64,000 nucleotides of DNA from Anaerolineales bacterium (GCA_034434515.1 DAOTZA010000139.1:1204-65203); one strand, 5' to 3'. Positions 27,348 through 36,771 are shown, counted from the first letter of the stretch. Program-made: numbers and translations. The notes: generated by a model from the letters alone, not told the origin.

Positions 27348-27455
27348 ATGAATGGTTGGATGATGTCACCAAACCCAATGATGCGCCTTTTGATGGCGGC
27401 AATGCCCAAGTCGCCAAGCAGACGGACAGCCCGGTTGCCTTCCCAATCGGGTTGA
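27348..27455 (+). CDS. Candidate Met-rich leader peptide of metG (35 codons)
   Basis: Translation is MNGWMMSPNPMMRLLMAAMPKSPSRRTARLPSQSG*. AUG occupies codons 1, 5, 6, 11, 12, 16 and 19. There is no SD, so the mRNA would be near-leaderless relative to the predicted promoter. The ORF contains the 5' antiterminator arm. Confidence 0.45.
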   Translation: MNGWMMSPNPMMRLLMAAMPKSPSRRTARLPSQSG

Positions 27456-27476
27456 GATGGAAAACATCGATAGAAT

Positions 27477-27510
27477 GGGCTGTCCAAAAAGGACAGCCTT
27501 TTTAATTTTT
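27477..27510 (+). terminator. Intrinsic terminator inside the metG 5' leader (attenuator)
   Basis: GGGCTGTCC-AAAAA-GGACAGCC followed by TTTTTAATTTTT. It ends 6 nt before the metG SD GGAGGAGG. A second copy of GGACAGCC(C) at 27424-27432 can pair with the 5' arm instead, forming an antiterminator. Confidence 0.8.
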
Positions 27511-27529
27511 GCTCTGGAGGAGGAATGCC

Positions 27530-29314
27530 ATGACTCAAAATATCCTGGTTGCGGTTGCCTGGCCATACGCAAATTCTGAAATTCATGTTGGCAATCTTAC
27601 CGGCTCTTACTTGCCAGCCGACATCTTTGCCCGTTTTCAGCGCCTAAGGGGGAACCGGGTGGCGATGGTTTCGGGGTCGGATTCGCATGGGACGCCGGTG
27701 ACCGTGCGCGCTGATGCTGAAGGCACCACCCCCTATCAGGTTTATCAAAGGTACCATCAAGGCTTTCTCGAATTATTCCAGAAAGCCGGTTTGACCTACG
27801 ATCTGTTCACTAGCACTCATACTACCAATCACTTCAAGGTCTCGCAGGCAATTTTCCTGGCTTTGAATCACAATGGTTACCTCTATACCCAGAGCGAGCA
27901 ACAATGGTTTTCACCCACTCAGAATCGATTTTTGCCCGATCGCTATGTCGAAGGCACCTGTTATCTATGTGGTTATGAAGGCGCTCGGGGAGATCAATGC
28001 GATGGCTGCGGTAATCTCCTCGATGCCACCCAACTGATCAACCCTCGATCAAAGATCGATGGCTCGACGCCCGAATTGCGCGAGACAGCCCATTTTTATC
28101 TCGATCTCGCCGCGTTACAGCCTGAGATCGTGCGCTTTTTGGAAGAACGTCAATCCTATTGGCGGCCAAATGTCTTGCGCCAATCCTTAGGACAAATCCA
28201 GGCCGAAAATTTGCGCGGGCGGCCGATCACCCGTGATCTGGATTGGGGAATCCCGGTGCCAATCGAGGGTTGGGAGGGAAAATGTCTCTATGTCTGGTTT
28301 GAAGCGGTGATCGGTTATCTTTCGGCAACGATCGAGTGGGCACAAATACAGGGGCAAGCAGATGCCTGGCAGGATTGGTGGTTCAACCCTGAAGCGCGGG
28401 CTTATTATTTTATCGGTAAAGACAACATTCCTTTTCATGCCATCATCTGGCCAGGTCAATTAATTGGCTCTGGCGAATGGTTTGGAAAACTCTTTGCCAA
28501 CGTTGGAGGGAAGCGATTGACCTTGCCGTATGATGTGCCGGCCAATGAGTTTATGAATCTGGAAGGCAAGAAGATCTCGGGCAGTCGGAACTGGGCGGTT
28601 TGGGGAAATGATTTCCTTAGCCGCTACGATCCTGACCCGTTGCGCTATTACCTCACCGCCAACATGCCTGAAACGCGCGATACCGATTGGGATTGGCAAG
28701 ATTTCTATCAGCGCAACAATAGTGAGTTGGTGGCGACTTGGGGTAATCTTGCCAATCGAGTGTTGTCCTTTGCTTTCAAACATTGGGACGGGCACGTTCC
28801 CGATGCGGGAGAATTACGCGCCGTTGATCAGGAATTGTTGGAAAAAGTTCGCCAGGGTTTCCAAACCGTTAGCGAACATCTGGAAGCTGTGCGCCTGCGA
28901 GCAGCCCTTTTGGAAACAATGAACCTTGCCAGCGAGGTGAATAAATACCTGGATTTGACCGGTCCATGGTTTGAGATCAAGACCGACAAAGATGCTGCTG
29001 CCAAGTCGATCTTCACTGCCTTGCGCGCAATCGATACGTTGAAAGTCCTTTTTGCTCCGTTTCTGCCGTTTAGTACGGAGAAAATCCATCGCTATCTTGG
29101 CTATTACCAACCATTCTTTGGCGAACAAAAAACTGAGCTGCTCACCGATGAATTGGGCGAACATCGGGTCTTGCTCTATGATGGTTCACGGGCAAGTGGA
29201 GAATGGAAGCTCAGTGAATTGCCGCCTGGTCAAGCGCTTACCCAGCCTGCGCCGCTGTTCAAAAAATTAGAAGAAAAAATTGTCGCCGAGGAGCGGGCTC
29301 GCCTGGGAGCTTGA
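27530..29314 (+). CDS. metG: Methionyl-tRNA synthetase
   Basis: The start is set at ATG 27530, 6 nt after the SD GGAGGAGG; the ORF-track start at 27509 lies inside the terminator T-tract. It has the HIGH-type motif SEIHVGN, the zinc knuckle CYLCGYEGARGDQCDGCG and the KMSKS-type motif GKKISGSR. Confidence 0.95.
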   Translation: MTQNILVAVAWPYANSEIHVGNLTGSYLPADIFARFQRLRGNRVAMVSGSDSHGTPVTVRADAEGTTPYQVYQRYHQGFLELFQKAGLTYDLFTSTHTTNHFKVSQAIFLALNHNGYLYTQSEQQWFSPTQNRFLPDRYVEGTCYLCGYEGARGDQCDGCGNLLDATQLINPRSKIDGSTPELRETAHFYLDLAALQPEIVRFLEERQSYWRPNVLRQSLGQIQAENLRGRPITRDLDWGIPVPIEGWEGKCLYVWFEAVIGYLSATIEWAQIQGQADAWQDWWFNPEARAYYFIGKDNIPFHAIIWPGQLIGSGEWFGKLFANVGGKRLTLPYDVPANEFMNLEGKKISGSRNWAVWGNDFLSRYDPDPLRYYLTANMPETRDTDWDWQDFYQRNNSELVATWGNLANRVLSFAFKHWDGHVPDAGELRAVDQELLEKVRQGFQTVSEHLEAVRLRAALLETMNLASEVNKYLDLTGPWFEIKTDKDAAAKSIFTALRAIDTLKVLFAPFLPFSTEKIHRYLGYYQPFFGEQKTELLTDELGEHRVLLYDGSRASGEWKLSELPPGQALTQPAPLFKKLEEKIVAEERARLGA

Positions 29315-29319
29315 GTGAG

Positions 29320-30069
29320 TCAAGCCTGATGCAGGCTTTCCCTAGGCGAACGGAGATACCAGCATCCGTCCGCTTTAACCATCACCTCATAAACTTTTCC
29401 CTGATAGCTTAGGGTCAAAAAGTGACTGCCCGAAGCATCTTGCCAGCGGCGTCCAATCGATTCAATGGGAATCCAATTCTCTTGCCAGTAGATGGCGCGG
29501 ATGCGCAGGGAAGCAAAGTCTGTACCGCTGAACTCAACCGCAATGGGTTGGGTCGCTCTGAGACGGCGTTGCAGGGCTGGCTGGTTCCCGTGGTGGGCAA
29601 TCCGCTCAGCCAGCCACCAGAGGGCAGCTTCTGCGCTTTGCTGTTTGATTTGTTCCCGTGTGCCAAAAAAACGATAGAGGTGAGCATGGATTTGATCGAG
29701 GACTGCCAGCCCAATCCACACTGTGCCAACCGGCTTTTGAGGCGAACCACCGCCTGGTCCGGCGATGCCGCTGACGGAGATGGCCGTCTGGACCTGAAAG
29801 AGATGCTTAACCCCCTGAGCCATTTCTTTCACCGTTTGTTCGCTAACCGCTCCGAAGCGATCTAGCGTATCCTGGCTTACCCCAAGCAGATGTTGCTTGG
29901 CTGCGTTTGAATAGGCGACGACGCCGCCCAGGTAAACTTCAGAAGCGCCGGCTACATTGGTTATGCGATGACTGATCAACCCCCCTGTGCACGATTCGGC
30001 AAGGGCAAGTGTCCAACCCAGAGCAGTGAGTTGTTCGGTAAGCACAAATTCGATCGGATGAGTGTCCAT
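29320..30069 (-). CDS. CinA C-terminal (PncC-like nicotinamide-nucleotide amidase) domain protein with an extra ~85-aa C-terminal domain
   Basis: 249 aa. Residues 1-160 match the CinA-C domain (LALAESCTGGLISHRITNVAGASEVYLGGVVAYSN...SGIAGPGGG). Residues ~165-249 are an unassigned, beta-rich extension. Confidence 0.8.
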   Translation of the reverse strand: MDTHPIEFVLTEQLTALGWTLALAESCTGGLISHRITNVAGASEVYLGGVVAYSNAAKQHLLGVSQDTLDRFGAVSEQTVKEMAQGVKHLFQVQTAISVSGIAGPGGGSPQKPVGTVWIGLAVLDQIHAHLYRFFGTREQIKQQSAEAALWWLAERIAHHGNQPALQRRLRATQPIAVEFSGTDFASLRIRAIYWQENWIPIESIGRRWQDASGSHFLTLSYQGKVYEVMVKADGCWYLRSPRESLHQA

Positions 30070-30136
30070 GGCAGGAATTATACTTGCGATTCCAGAATGC
30101 TTGCTGGATAGAACTCTTGGTAAAATTTAGCTGAAG

Positions 30137-32011
30137 ATGGAGAAGAATAGCGGACTTCCAGATAGTATTGTGGCATTGCTGCCAAATTTGCCTGCTCGCC
30201 CTGGTTGTTACCTAATGAAGGATGGCGAGGGGAAGGTCATTTATGTCGGCAAAGCGGTGAATCTCCGCAATCGGGTGCGTTCATACTTCCACGCTCCTCA
30301 ACAACTCAATCCACGCATCCGCCGCATGGTGGAGAAAATTGCCGACATCGAGTGGATTATCGTCGATTCAGAACTCGAGGCGCTGATCCTCGAGATGAAT
30401 TTGATCAAGAAGTATCGCCCGCATTACAATGTGCGTCTTAAGGATGATAAGCGGTATCCTTATATCAAAGTGCATTGGGCGGATGATTTTCCGAAAGTTA
30501 CCGTTACTCGCCAGATGATCCAGGATGGGTCACGCTATTTTGGCCCTTATACCAGTGTTTGGGCGGTTCACCAAACCCTGGATTTGCTGCGACGTATTTT
30601 TCCTTACCTGACCTGCGATCGGGTGATCACCGGCAAGGATGAACGCGCGTGCTTGTATTACGATATTAAGTTGTGTCGCGCGCCATGTATCGGAGCAATT
30701 GATCGAGAGAGCTATCGCCAGATGATCGCCGATCTATGTCATTTTTTAGAAGGACATACCGAAGAAATTGTCGCTCGGCTCAGGGTTAAAATGGAAAAAG
30801 CCGCCGAGAACTTGCAGTTTGAACAGGCAGCGGTGATCCGCGATCAAATCCGCGCCATTGAGAACGTGGTCGAAAAGCAAAAGGTGATCTCAAGTGAGAT
30901 GACCGACTCGGATGTGATTGCCCTCGCCCGTGATAATGGCGATGCCTGCGTGCAGATCTTCTTCATCCGCAGCGGTAAATTAATCGGCCGCGAATATTTT
31001 TTGTTAGAGGGCGCGGAAGAAACACCCGATGCAACTGTGATGGCTGAATTTATCAAACATTTTTACGATCGGGCAGCATCTGTTCCGGATCAAGTGTTAT
31101 TGCCCGAGGAAGTCGAAGAAGCCCAAATTATCCGCCAATGGTTAAGTCAAAAGAAGGGTTCTCAAAAGGTGGAAATTAGCGTGCCACGGATCGGCATCCA
31201 GCAAGCGTTGATCCAGATGGCAGCCGAAAACGCAGCTCAGACTTTAGCTACTTTGAAAGCGCAATGGGAGGTGGACACTCATCGGCAAGAGCAAGCCTTG
31301 CTGGAACTGCAAGAGTCTTTGGGCATCGAAAAGCCGCTCAACCGAATTGAATGCTACGATATTTCCAATACCCAGGGCGTGGCTGCGATTGGTAGCATGG
31401 TGGTGTTTGAAAAAGGAACGCCGCGCAAAAGCTATTATCGCCGCTTTAACATCCGCTCGGTTAGCGGGCAAGATGACTTTGCCAGCCTAGAAGAAACGCT
31501 CGAACGTCGCTTTCGGCGCTGGCAAGCAGCCCAAGAGCAGGAAGACAGCCCGGGCAAGAAACCTGACGCCGCTTTTGCCATTTTGCCCGATCTGATAATT
31601 GTTGATGGCGGCAAAGGACAACTGAGCCGGGCGGTCAAAGTGTTAGAACGTTTTGGTTTATTTGAGCGGGTCAGTGTGATTAGTTTGGCAAAGCAGCAGG
31701 AAGAAGTCTTTTTACCCCACCGCTCGGAGAGTATCTTGTTGCCGAGGCATTCGCAAGGCTTTTATCTGTTGCAACGTATCCGTGATGAAGCGCACCGTTT
31801 CGCCATCACTGCTCATCGCAAATTGCGCACCAAACAGGGGCTGGCTTCGCGTCTGGAACTAATTCCTGGCATTGGCCCGGTCAAACGCAAACGTCTATTG
31901 CAGCATTTCGGTGACGTGGATGCCATTCGCAACGCCAGCCTGGAAGAGCTGACTGCGGTCGAAGGCATTACCCCACACTTAGCGCTCCAGATTAAATCTA
32001 CTCTAGAATGA
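30137..32011 (+). CDS. uvrC: Excinuclease ABC subunit C
   Basis: 624 aa. It has the GIY-YIG motif (GCYLMKDGEGKVIYVGKA...NLRNRVRSY), a UVR domain, the endonuclease domain and a C-terminal (HhH)2 motif. Confidence 0.97.
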   Translation: MEKNSGLPDSIVALLPNLPARPGCYLMKDGEGKVIYVGKAVNLRNRVRSYFHAPQQLNPRIRRMVEKIADIEWIIVDSELEALILEMNLIKKYRPHYNVRLKDDKRYPYIKVHWADDFPKVTVTRQMIQDGSRYFGPYTSVWAVHQTLDLLRRIFPYLTCDRVITGKDERACLYYDIKLCRAPCIGAIDRESYRQMIADLCHFLEGHTEEIVARLRVKMEKAAENLQFEQAAVIRDQIRAIENVVEKQKVISSEMTDSDVIALARDNGDACVQIFFIRSGKLIGREYFLLEGAEETPDATVMAEFIKHFYDRAASVPDQVLLPEEVEEAQIIRQWLSQKKGSQKVEISVPRIGIQQALIQMAAENAAQTLATLKAQWEVDTHRQEQALLELQESLGIEKPLNRIECYDISNTQGVAAIGSMVVFEKGTPRKSYYRRFNIRSVSGQDDFASLEETLERRFRRWQAAQEQEDSPGKKPDAAFAILPDLIIVDGGKGQLSRAVKVLERFGLFERVSVISLAKQQEEVFLPHRSESILLPRHSQGFYLLQRIRDEAHRFAITAHRKLRTKQGLASRLELIPGIGPVKRKRLLQHFGDVDAIRNASLEELTAVEGITPHLALQIKSTLE

Positions 32012-32021
32012 GAGGCAGGAG

Positions 32022-32138
32022 ATGAGCAAAAGACAGATCTCTCGCCGAGAGATGCGCCAAATCCGCATTCGCCAAATCCTGTTCGTTGTCGTTGCCATCC
32101 TGATCATTTTGGCGATGGTGATCGGATCACTGCGTTAG
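32022..32138 (+). CDS. Possible 38-aa single-TM micro-protein
   Basis: Translation is MSKRQISRREMRQIRIRQILFVVVAILIILAMVIGSLR*. An AGGCAGGAG SD lies 2-10 nt upstream, and the ORF starts 10 nt after the uvrC stop. It is below the size cutoff of the ORF track. Support comes from the sequence only. Confidence 0.35.
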   Translation: MSKRQISRREMRQIRIRQILFVVVAILIILAMVIGSLR

Positions 32139-32151
32139 ACAAGCGCCGCAG

Positions 32152-35100
32152 CTAGAGAGTTGGTTCGTACAAAGTCAGGATAGCCTGGTTAAATTCAGGG
32201 ATCGAAAAGGGTTTTTGTAACCAATGCACTTTGCCCCCCTCCAGGGCGGCGCGATATTCATCGTTGAGAGGATGCCCGGTAATGAGGAGCATTTTCAGAT
32301 CGGGTTGTTTCCCTTTTAGAGCTTGATAGAGTTCGATACCGCCCATTTGTGGCATAACAATGTCGCTGACCAACAACTCGATTTTGTTTTCCTGGCTTTC
32401 CCATATCTCAAGCGCTTCTTTGCCATTTGCAGCGGTCAGGGTTTGAAATTGTTGCGCTTCGAGCAAGTCCTTTAGGGCATTGCGGGTGGCTACGTCATCC
32501 TCTACGACCAGGGCAATCTTTCCATTGCCGTTCAGCCTGAGGGAAGGCTGTTCTTCGATAACGCCTCTGGTGGATTGTAACAAGGCAGGCAGATAGACCG
32601 TGAACGTTGATCCCAAAGAGGGCTGGCTCTGGACATCAATATAGCCGCCGTGCTGTTTGACGATTCCATAAACCTGCGCTAATCCCAAGCCAGTGCCCAA
32701 CCCTACCGGTTTGGTGGTAAAGAAGGGTTCAAAAATGTGAGGCAGATGTTCCGGAGAGATGCCAGAGCCTGTGTCCTGGACTTCAATGACAATCCATTCG
32801 CCAGCCTGGATGTAAAGGTTGGGTCTGTCATCGTTTTCCTTGAGGCTGAGGCGGGTAAGGGAAATCCGCAACACGCCTCCATGGGGCATTGCATCGCGGG
32901 CATTCACCACGAGATTGAGCAGCATTTGTTGCAGACGGGTGGGATCAGCCAGAACAAAATAGGTTTCAGGCTGATAGCGTAGCTCGACTCGAATCGTCTC
33001 CGGTAAGACCCGAGATAGCATTTTCTCGAACTCTTTGATAAAGGGTAAGAGATCAAGCGTGGTTTGTTCGATAACCGAACGGCGACTGAAATCCAGAATT
33101 TGGCGGATTAAACTGGCAGCGCGATGGACTTGTTGCTGGATAATAGCTAAACGGTCTTGCGCAGTAGGGCTTAAGGAAGTATCGTTGCGCAATAAGTCGG
33201 CGTAGACCAGGATAGCTGCCATAATGTTGTTGAAATCATGCGCAATGCCGGCTGCCAATTGCCCGACTGTGGCGAGCCGTTCTTGCATCTGAACCCGCGT
33301 TTGGATTTCTCTCTCGAGGGTCACTTCCCGTAACGTCACCACCCATTGGGTGGGAGGTTGGCCGATGGGATTGGCTTGAGCTTCGAAAATTCGTCGCGAG
33401 GGTGCTTCGACAATCAATTCGCAGGGAAGGGAGGATGATGAGTGAGTGAGCAATTCACCAACGGGTTTCGCACCGAGCGAAATGAGCGTATTGCCTTCGA
33501 TCTTCGCTTGTAAGAGATCGAGGTATTGGCTGGCAATGGGATTCAAGACAAGGATGTGGTGATTGCTATCGAGCAATAAAATCCCGATAGAGAGATTTTC
33601 GACCAGATTGCTCATCCGTTTCTTTTCGGCTTGGCGAACGCTTTCAAGCCGTTGGAGAGCGATGGAAGCCTGATTGGCGAATGTCTGCAATAAGCGCAGT
33701 TGTTCCTGGCTATAGGTTTCAACCAGCTCGTCCCCGATTCCGACCAGACCAACGATTTGATCGTTGAAGAGAATGGGAAAGCGGGGAATCGAGTGAAAAG
33801 CCTGAATAGGAGACTGGGATTGATAATGCTCAGCCAGGTTGACCTCGACAGCCGCCAGCTTATTCTCTTGACCAAGAATCTGGCTGAGTTCGTTTCGGCA
33901 ATGTTCCTTTAAGGCTGCAAGCGTTGCCTCGGTAAATGGTCGTTGAGCGTCAACGTACAGGGTTGGTTGGTTGGAAGAAAAAAGACAACCGAGGGCAAAA
34001 TCGCACTTGACGGCTGTGCGCAGGTGACTCAGCAGGACGCGCAATAAGTCCTCATAGGTCAAAACATATCCGATCTCCTGGCTGAGTTCATAAAGCTCGG
34101 AGAGTTCGGCTGTGCGCCGAATCACGGCCTCCTCAAGTTCGTCAGCATAGCGACGCATATTCTCATACAGCGTGGCGTTTTCCAGGGCGATGGCAATCTG
34201 GTCGGCGAGCAGTTGGAAGAAATCTACATCGCTTTGGGACAGGGCGACATTTTGGTCGGTTTCAATATTGAGAATCCCGACAACTTCGCCGTGCAAGAGA
34301 ATCGGCATGACAAATTCAGAGACGGTTTGTGGATTGTCCGGCAGATAGTCGGGGTCTTGGGAAACATCGAGAATGACTTGCGCCTGACCGGTGCACACCG
34401 CTCTGCCAATCACGCCGCGGTTGAGGGGGATTTGGGAGATAATGACGCTATTACCATGATAAGCCCGCAAACGTAAATGGTCAGCCTCGCGTAGGAATAT
34501 CTCAATAATCGGATAGTGAAAATTGGCCGCCAGTTCATCGACTACGGTTTGAAGTAATTCCTGCAGGTCGAGATGACGGGAAAAGTTTTCGGTAAATTTT
34601 TGAAGTAAAGTCACCTGGCGCAAACGATGTTGGGCTTCCTGGTAGCGCTCAGCATTGCTTAACGCCAGGCTTAATTCCTGGCAGATGGCTGTGACTAAGT
34701 TGAGGTCAGCCTGGTCAAAAGCATTCAGCTCTGAATGCATGATGGCAAGGATGCCATACAACTGATCTTCAAAGAGGATCGGGGCTGCAATGGCGGAACA
34801 GACATTTTCGTCATAACCATCATGATGCCACCAGCGTGCATCTTGCCGAACATCGGGGATCAGATCGGCTTCTCGGTTCTTCATCACCCACCCCAGAAAA
34901 CCGCGGTCACCGCTCCAATGGGTCGAACGATTATACGCTTCCACAGAGGTAGGAAATTCGCCCCATACAGCCCGTAATGAAAGGGTATCTTTATCGGGTA
35001 AATAGCGCAATGCCAGACCAAAATGCCCATCCAGAGATTGTGTTGCCAGTTGGATGGCGCGTTGAAGAATTTCATCCGGTTCCAAACTCGAAGTAAGCTG

Positions 35101-36771
35101 GTGACCAATGGCATAGATCACGCTAAGTTTGCGTTTTTCGCTTTCTGCTTTCTGGTAAAGGCTGGCATTTTCAATCGCGATGGCAGCCTGGTCGCCTAAG
35201 AACTCCATTAAGTTTAGTTCCCACGAGGTGAACTGGCGCGGGGTGGGAAAGGAGACATTCATTACCCCAACCACGCGCTCGCCGATTTTGAGGGGAATCC
35301 CAACAATAGCTCCATTCCAATTCGTTTCCATGCCCTGAAAAAGCGGGTGGTTGGTCATGTCGTTAACCACGATCATTTGTCCACTGTGAACGACCTGGAA
35401 GGTTAGACCGTTCGGCCTGGGTTTGATGTAATGATTCCCCGGCTGATCCTCCCGCCAGAGTTCTGCTCCGAAACGTAACCTATTCTCGCTTTCCGGTGCG
35501 TATAAAAAGATATAGGCATTGCGGAAGTCGCTGAAAAAGTGGGGTAGGGCGTGCAAAATCGTGTGTAGTACGGTATCTAAGTCTAACTCGCTGGTGAGAC
35601 TCAGGCTGGTTTGGCGCAGAGTTTCCAGGGTACTGGCTTGTTGGACTTTTTCCTGAAACAGGCGGGCATGTTCAATGGCAAGGGCTGCATGTTGGGCAAA
35701 GGTGGTCGCCCAATCGGCGTGATATTTCTGAAAGGCATCGGGTTGAGAACTTTCAAAGGTAAGAAACCCAACTACTTCGCCGCGGACAAGCAAAGGTACC
35801 CCCATCCAGGCTCTGGTTTTGATTGTGCCGTTCCAGCAGTTTAATAAGCGTTGATCGAGATGGGTATCCTGGATGATGACCACCCGTTTCTGATCGGTAA
35901 TTTCTTGCAGCAGGGCATGGAGCTGCGAGTTTTTCTTTTCCACCCAATTCATGTCGCACAAAAGTCCGCGTTGGGCTGCCAGTCTGAGCTCTCCGGCCTC
36001 GTTGAGAAGGATACCAGCCTGATCATACGGAATGGCTTGGGCAAGTTGTTCCAGGATCGTTGCGAACAGGGTTTGCAGATCGAGGGTCGAAGCCAAAGCC
36101 TGGACCGCATCGGTAAGTTTTTCTGCCAACATTCTTTGCCGGCGCTCGCTTTCCAGCAAGGTTATACTCCGCAGGACGATACTGGCTTGATTGGCAAACA
36201 GACAGAGCAATTGAAGATCCTCTTCGGTAAATCGATTGGGAACCTGCAGATCAAAAACTTGCAATACCCCTTCGAGACGGTTTTCCAAAAACAGAGGCGC
36301 CGAGAGTACGGATCGATATGGATAAGGCGGCCCAAATTTGTTGGAGCGGAATTGCCACGTGGCATAATCGTCAATTAAGAGGGGTTTCCCTTCTTTTGCT
36401 ACCCAACCGGCCGCTCCTTCCCCATAAGCCAAGCGCACCCCTCGATATTGATCGGCAAAAGGGCTGAATTCGATGTAGATTTCTAAGGCTTGTTGTTGCG
36501 GGTAGGCAAGGTAGAGACAACCCCCTTCTACTTCGAGGAGTTCCATCGCCGCTTGGACAATCTGTTCAAGGAAAGAATATCTGTCCTGATGTTCCCCCGC
36601 GTTCATTGCCAGGGTTTGGATTTTAGTTATCTGATTGATGAGCAAGGGGGTTTTTTCTCTCGGTGTACCTGCGACCCCATTTCTTTCTTTCTGCACGGTT
36701 CCATCCCGTCCACTTTCATCCATGACGAAGTGATCTAAAGGGCATCCTTTCCCGACAAAAATAGCTGACAA
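32152..36771 (-). CDS. Giant hybrid sensor histidine kinase: six tandem GAF domains, PAS, HisKA, HATPase, C-terminal receiver
   Basis: 1539 aa. Six repeats of about 150 aa each end in GAF-like G(V/I/F)L.(V/I/F) strands. The H-box is GIAHDFNNIMAAI, with LNLVVNARDAM, DTGSGI and GLGTGLGL motifs. The C-terminal REC has VVEDD, VSDIVMPQMGG and QKPF. The true start could instead be the Met at 36723. Confidence 0.9.
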   Translation of the reverse strand: MSAIFVGKGCPLDHFVMDESGRDGTVQKERNGVAGTPREKTPLLINQITKIQTLAMNAGEHQDRYSFLEQIVQAAMELLEVEGGCLYLAYPQQQALEIYIEFSPFADQYRGVRLAYGEGAAGWVAKEGKPLLIDDYATWQFRSNKFGPPYPYRSVLSAPLFLENRLEGVLQVFDLQVPNRFTEEDLQLLCLFANQASIVLRSITLLESERRQRMLAEKLTDAVQALASTLDLQTLFATILEQLAQAIPYDQAGILLNEAGELRLAAQRGLLCDMNWVEKKNSQLHALLQEITDQKRVVIIQDTHLDQRLLNCWNGTIKTRAWMGVPLLVRGEVVGFLTFESSQPDAFQKYHADWATTFAQHAALAIEHARLFQEKVQQASTLETLRQTSLSLTSELDLDTVLHTILHALPHFFSDFRNAYIFLYAPESENRLRFGAELWREDQPGNHYIKPRPNGLTFQVVHSGQMIVVNDMTNHPLFQGMETNWNGAIVGIPLKIGERVVGVMNVSFPTPRQFTSWELNLMEFLGDQAAIAIENASLYQKAESEKRKLSVIYAIGHQLTSSLEPDEILQRAIQLATQSLDGHFGLALRYLPDKDTLSLRAVWGEFPTSVEAYNRSTHWSGDRGFLGWVMKNREADLIPDVRQDARWWHHDGYDENVCSAIAAPILFEDQLYGILAIMHSELNAFDQADLNLVTAICQELSLALSNAERYQEAQHRLRQVTLLQKFTENFSRHLDLQELLQTVVDELAANFHYPIIEIFLREADHLRLRAYHGNSVIISQIPLNRGVIGRAVCTGQAQVILDVSQDPDYLPDNPQTVSEFVMPILLHGEVVGILNIETDQNVALSQSDVDFFQLLADQIAIALENATLYENMRRYADELEEAVIRRTAELSELYELSQEIGYVLTYEDLLRVLLSHLRTAVKCDFALGCLFSSNQPTLYVDAQRPFTEATLAALKEHCRNELSQILGQENKLAAVEVNLAEHYQSQSPIQAFHSIPRFPILFNDQIVGLVGIGDELVETYSQEQLRLLQTFANQASIALQRLESVRQAEKKRMSNLVENLSIGILLLDSNHHILVLNPIASQYLDLLQAKIEGNTLISLGAKPVGELLTHSSSSLPCELIVEAPSRRIFEAQANPIGQPPTQWVVTLREVTLEREIQTRVQMQERLATVGQLAAGIAHDFNNIMAAILVYADLLRNDTSLSPTAQDRLAIIQQQVHRAASLIRQILDFSRRSVIEQTTLDLLPFIKEFEKMLSRVLPETIRVELRYQPETYFVLADPTRLQQMLLNLVVNARDAMPHGGVLRISLTRLSLKENDDRPNLYIQAGEWIVIEVQDTGSGISPEHLPHIFEPFFTTKPVGLGTGLGLAQVYGIVKQHGGYIDVQSQPSLGSTFTVYLPALLQSTRGVIEEQPSLRLNGNGKIALVVEDDVATRNALKDLLEAQQFQTLTAANGKEALEIWESQENKIELLVSDIVMPQMGGIELYQALKGKQPDLKMLLITGHPLNDEYRAALEGGKVHWLQKPFSIPEFNQAILTLYEPTL

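Noticed and set aside
27340-27510. Possibility that the metG leader is a T-box or S-box riboswitch
   Set aside because: I found no GGGUGGNACCGCG-type T-box sequence, no stem-I AG-bulge and no specifier loop. The leader is only about 160 nt long, and I recognise no S-box core motifs. The alternative-pairing and Met-codon explanation fits better.
27338-27586. Minus-strand ORFs of 82 aa and 68 aa across the metG leader
   Set aside because: They run antisense through the metG SD and start and through the terminator. The region is better explained by the plus-strand promoter, leader ORF and terminator.
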